From Minisyncoccia bacterium (GTDB lineage: Bacteria; Patescibacteriota; Minisyncoccia; UBA6257): a DNA stretch of 50,069 bases. The notes beneath the pieces are model-generated. The model was given only the letters and a program-made list of their open reading frames with translations. It was not told the DNA's origin and ran no database searches. The stretch is taken from assembly GCA_049969555.1 (NCBI GenBank), contig JBMFOQ010000002.1, positions 1-50,069 on the forward strand. The letters run 5' to 3'. The first letter of the stretch is position 1. Every line of letters begins with the position of its first letter. The position numbers were made by a program, and so were the translations under genes. Positions 46,387 through 50,069 of this stretch are shown one piece after another.

Positions 46387-46418
46387 AAACTTTATTTTAA
46401 GTTAATTTTTCGACCGAC

Positions 46419-47588
46419 TTAAATTTTTAGTTTCCCTTTTAAACTGCCTGATTTTAAAACTGAAGAATTAAAAGTTGTAATTAATTTATTCTTATCTTTA
46501 TGCCTTTCGAGGGCTAAATCAATAAGTTTTTGAAGCAAATCATTTAATTCTAATCCGCTTTTTTTGAAAAGATGATGATACAAGGTACCGGGCAAAGGAT
46601 TTATTTCGTTAGCATAAACTTTGTTATTTTTTTCATCGTAAAGAAAATCAATTCTTGCTATTCCGTTTCCTCCGATTAATCTAAATATCTTTTTTGCTGT
46701 TACTTGAATTTCTTGAGTGAGTTTTTGAGGAATTTGGGCCGGGATAACAATTTTTTCTAAGGCTTTTCCAGTTTGCGCTCCTCCTTGTTTTAAATATTTG
46801 TCTTCAAAAGAGAAGAAATCTTTTTCATAAAGCGACTCCTGAATAAAGGTGGCAAAGAGGTTATCGTAATTACCTAAAATGGCACAAGTAAAATCTCTTA
46901 CTTTTTCAATACCATTTTCTACTAAAACTTTTTCTTCATAATAAAGAGCAGCTTCAATAGATTCTATTAATTCTTTTTCTTCTTTTACCTTTGTTATCCC
47001 AATTGAAGAACCCAGCCTTGCTGGTTTAACAAATAATGGATAGTGAAGATTTTTATTTATATTTTTAAGAATTTCTTCTTTGGATTTCTCCCATTCGTAA
47101 TTATAAAAATAAACAAAATCAATGGTTGAGATGTTATTAGCCTGATAAAGCAATTTTGTTAAAATTTTATCTTTGGCTATCGCGCAGGCAGAAACATCAC
47201 AGCCAACATACGGGATATTAAATATTTCCCATAATCCTTGGATAGTGCCGTCTTCTCCATATCTTCCATGAAAAGCTGGAAATGCAATATCAATTATTAT
47301 TGTTTTTCCAAAAATTTCTTTTTGTTTTAAAGCTAATTTGCCTTTTGATTTCTCTAAATCAAGATAAAATCTATGCCAATTTTTAAAATCCCAGATATCT
47401 TTTTGGAAAAATGAAAGTTCGCCTAGTTTTTCGTTTATATACCACGTGCCATCTTTGGAAAAATAAACTGGCATTACTTTATAACCCAATCCTTTAAGAC
47501 CGCTAACAATAAGCTCGCCGGTAATAATAGAGATATCATGTTCCGGGCTTCTACTTCCAAAAAATACTCCGATTGTGGGTTTCATCAT
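46419..47588 (-). CDS. ddl: D-alanine--D-alanine ligase family protein
   Basis: FGSRSPEHDISI, FHGRYGEDGTIQG, VKPARLGSSIGI, RIDF and NEINPLPG motifs. Confidence 0.9.
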   Translation of the reverse strand: MMKPTIGVFFGSRSPEHDISIITGELIVSGLKGLGYKVMPVYFSKDGTWYINEKLGELSFFQKDIWDFKNWHRFYLDLEKSKGKLALKQKEIFGKTIIIDIAFPAFHGRYGEDGTIQGLWEIFNIPYVGCDVSACAIAKDKILTKLLYQANNISTIDFVYFYNYEWEKSKEEILKNINKNLHYPLFVKPARLGSSIGITKVKEEKELIESIEAALYYEEKVLVENGIEKVRDFTCAILGNYDNLFATFIQESLYEKDFFSFEDKYLKQGGAQTGKALEKIVIPAQIPQKLTQEIQVTAKKIFRLIGGNGIARIDFLYDEKNNKVYANEINPLPGTLYHHLFKKSGLELNDLLQKLIDLALERHKDKNKLITTFNSSVLKSGSLKGKLKI

Positions 47589-47658
47589 ACTATTATTTTA
47601 ACAAAAGAATTTATAACTAACAAACTTTAATTTAGAGGATTTAACATTTGAGATATCT

Positions 47659-49086
47659 TTAGAAGTAATTATCCGGCCAGTCATTTTGAAAAAGAATCAC
47701 ATCATTGGGTTTAATTATTTCTTTTATTTTTTCTTGAAGCTCTAAAGGATTATTAAATATTATAATTTTTTCTCTATTGAAATTTTTCTCTAATAAACCG
47801 CTAATAATAAAACCTGTTACGCTATTTTGAATTAAAATAACTAAATCAGCAACTGGCGCCAACAGTCTTCCTATTTCTTCGTGAACTTTTTGCGCCTCTT
47901 TTCCCATTTCTACTAATCCCGGCGTCACATAGATTTTCCTTTTATTTTTAAATTTTTTTAAAACCTCAATTGCTGCTTTTGCGCCATTTGGATTGCCGTT
48001 GTAGCTATCGTCAATAATAAGAAAATTCTCTTTCTTGATTGGCTCAAGCCGGTGAGCAATTGGTTTTATTAAACTTATACCTAATTTAATATCTTTATCA
48101 TTTAAGCCTAAATGTTTAGCAATTAAAAACGCGCCAATAATAGTTGAAATTGCATAATCACCCAAAAGTGGAATTTCAATCTCCTTTTTCTCTTTTTCGA
48201 ATTCGATTGTGCATTTTTGTTTGAATCTTTCTTCCTCAAAGATTATATTTGTTATCTTATAGTTTAGAAAACTGGTATTTTCTTTACCATAAAAAATTAC
48301 TTGTTTATTACCAAGATAATTTTTATAATTTTCTACAATTAAATTATTGTCGGCGTTTAAAACAATTAAGGCATTTGGTTTTGAATATTTTACTATTTCA
48401 AATTTCGTTTTAATGGTGTTTTCTATTGTTTTAAATCTTTCTAAATGGCTTTCATTAATACCAGTTATAAGCGCAATATCTGGAGGGGTAATTTGGCACA
48501 AAGTTTTTATATCCCCTTTTTGCCAAGCGCTCATTTCTACTACAAAAATTTCTGTATTTTCGTTTAAGTTTTTTAAAATTACATTGCTAATTCCTAAAGG
48601 GGTGTTTTTATTTTCAGGGGTGAAAACTACTTTATACTTTACTGACAAAATGGTAGCCAAAATTTCTTTAAAAGATGTTTTTCCATAACTTCCAGTAATG
48701 CCGATAATTTTAAGGTTTTTAAATTTTTGAATTTTTCTTTTTGCTTTGAAAATAATTAAATTTTTTATGAGCCAATCTAATGGCATTAGAACAATAACGC
48801 TAATATTTAAGATTAAAGGAAAGAAAAATAAAGAAAGAATTAAAGTTAAAAAAATAATTATTGGCGAATAGTTTATAAAGATTTTGAAATTAAGAAGGAA
48901 AATAATAAAAAATGATAGAAATAAAAGAACAAAAATTTTATTTGTCAAAACCAATTTTTGTCGAGGTTTTTTTAAAGTAAAAGCCTTTTTAAGATAAGCT
49001 CTCCAGAATCTTTTTAACTGGTAATTTTCTAATTGGAGAAAATATAACGGATAGAAGAGAAAAATTTGAAAAACTTTTTTAAACAT
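47659..49086 (-). CDS. murF: MurF-like Mur ligase with N-terminal membrane segments
   Basis: ITGSYGKTS, NTPLG, DDSYNGNP, TPGLVEMG and NDWPDNY motifs; next to ddl. Confidence 0.8.
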   Translation of the reverse strand: MFKKVFQIFLFYPLYFLQLENYQLKRFWRAYLKKAFTLKKPRQKLVLTNKIFVLLFLSFFIIFLLNFKIFINYSPIIIFLTLILSLFFFPLILNISVIVLMPLDWLIKNLIIFKAKRKIQKFKNLKIIGITGSYGKTSFKEILATILSVKYKVVFTPENKNTPLGISNVILKNLNENTEIFVVEMSAWQKGDIKTLCQITPPDIALITGINESHLERFKTIENTIKTKFEIVKYSKPNALIVLNADNNLIVENYKNYLGNKQVIFYGKENTSFLNYKITNIIFEEERFKQKCTIEFEKEKKEIEIPLLGDYAISTIIGAFLIAKHLGLNDKDIKLGISLIKPIAHRLEPIKKENFLIIDDSYNGNPNGAKAAIEVLKKFKNKRKIYVTPGLVEMGKEAQKVHEEIGRLLAPVADLVILIQNSVTGFIISGLLEKNFNREKIIIFNNPLELQEKIKEIIKPNDVILFQNDWPDNYF

Positions 49087-49087
49087 T

Positions 49088-49855
49088 TTAGGAAAGAAAA
49101 TTTTTAATAATTAAATGACATTCAGCAGGGTTATCCAAAAAAGAAAAATGACCACCGTTAATTTCATAAAACTTTGAATTATTAATGAGTTGATGTATTT
49201 TTTTGCCCCAGTTAAGAGGGGTAACCCTGTCGCTTTTTCCCCAAATAATTAAAGTTGGAAGGGAAACTTGTTGAATACTTTTAGTTAAATCTTCACTTAC
49301 TATTTTGGCATAAGTTTTTTGTAGCTCAGGATTAGAAAGATAATCTTCGGAGCCTAATTTACGATAAATTTTTATTCGCAAAGAAGAAAAACAAGGAAGT
49401 TTAAAAATTGGCTTAAATATCTTACTAAAATTTTTAATAAGATACGCTTTTAATCCCCTTTTAACAAAACCCGCACTATCAATTAAAATAAGTTTTTTTA
49501 CTAAATCAGGATATTGAGCGGAAAATTTAATTGCCACTCTTCCGCCAAAAGAATGACCCAAAAGAATGATATTTTCTTTTATTTCTTTCTCTATTAATTC
49601 TTTTATTATTCCTACATAATCATCAAGTTTTAATGGTGTTTTGGGCGAGGGTGATTTACCAAAACCAGGAAAATCAAATAAATAAATCCCAAAATTGTTT
49701 TCCGTCAAAAATTCAGCCAAAGAGTTAAAAATAGAAGAAGAAACACCCCAACCATGAAGCAAAATAACCCAATTTTTTGGTTTTTCTTTTGGTTTTAGGG
49801 AATAAAGGCGAATAAGAAGTTTGTTTAAAATAATTTCTTTTTCTTCCTTGCTCAT
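49088..49855 (-). CDS. Alpha/beta hydrolase
   Basis: LHGWG, DFPGFGKS, GHSFGG nucleophile elbow, WGKSD and GGHF motifs. Confidence 0.9.
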   Translation of the reverse strand: MSKEEKEIILNKLLIRLYSLKPKEKPKNWVILLHGWGVSSSIFNSLAEFLTENNFGIYLFDFPGFGKSPSPKTPLKLDDYVGIIKELIEKEIKENIILLGHSFGGRVAIKFSAQYPDLVKKLILIDSAGFVKRGLKAYLIKNFSKIFKPIFKLPCFSSLRIKIYRKLGSEDYLSNPELQKTYAKIVSEDLTKSIQQVSLPTLIIWGKSDRVTPLNWGKKIHQLINNSKFYEINGGHFSFLDNPAECHLIIKNFLS

Positions 49856-50069
49856 TTTTCATTATTTTATCTCATTTTTTAAAGAAAAGCAAAAGAAAAA
49901 ATTAAATGACCTACTTTCATGTGAAGAAAGACGAAAGGGCATCTTAAAGGACACGGCACAAAATCCCGATTTCTCGCCCCGCATTCCCATAGGCAAGCGG
50001 GAAACCCAAAACGATTTTTCTGTAATGCATTTTTTCTGACGTCCATGGGTATAATAGGCTCCTTCCCCT

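Noticed and set aside
2552-48688. Short antisense or out-of-frame ORFs in the ORF track (e.g. 2552-2797, 7597-7938, 23544-23876, 31932-32204, 43010-43357, 48347-48688)
   Set aside because: They overlap well-supported genes and show no recognisable motifs.
46419-49855. Vancomycin-type D-Ala-D-Lac resistance cluster
   Set aside because: The ligase keeps the omega-loop KY (FEDKY), there is no vanX/vanRS, and the D-hydroxyacid dehydrogenase is about 18 kb away in the ppsA-eno operon.
1-50069. Alternative genetic code (TGA = Gly, as in Gracilibacteria/Absconditabacteria)
   Set aside because: Long conserved genes translate at full length with code 11, and murG ends at a plausible position with TGA.

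Overview
AT-rich bacterial chromosome segment. Gene content and layout (ftsW-murG, gltX, small conserved hypotheticals, few Shine-Dalgarno sites, many near-leaderless starts) suggest Patescibacteria/CPR, probably Parcubacteria; this is an inference. It carries cell-wall genes (ftsW, murG, murC, murF-like, ddl, amidase), translation genes (rpsI, gltX, fmt, def, rplI, rpmA, ychF, prmC), queA-tgt-queH beside an AmmeMemoRadiSam trio, ppsA-eno-D-hydroxyacid dehydrogenase, PolX and uvrBAC. Gene polarity flips from mostly + to almost all - at about 25.7 kb, where a single Xer recombinase has a 28-bp dif-like site in its own leader, so this is probably the replication terminus. The best candidates for undescribed biology are non-coding. 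(1) A stand-alone ~170-nt RNA of four stacked GNRA-capped hairpins, with its own promoter, U-tail and two upstream DnaA boxes (38570-38797), plus a possibly related single-hairpin sRNA at 35311-35367. (2) A 13-mer repeat array folding around a perfect 46-bp palindrome upstream of a foreign-looking HNH gene (45290-46094). (3) Twin 34-bp 13-8-13 ACGATCGT sites bracketing polX and an ATP-cone nuclease. (4) An orphan three-gene islet ending in a palindromic tandem duplication. All calls come from reading the sequence and motifs by eye; no database searches were run.
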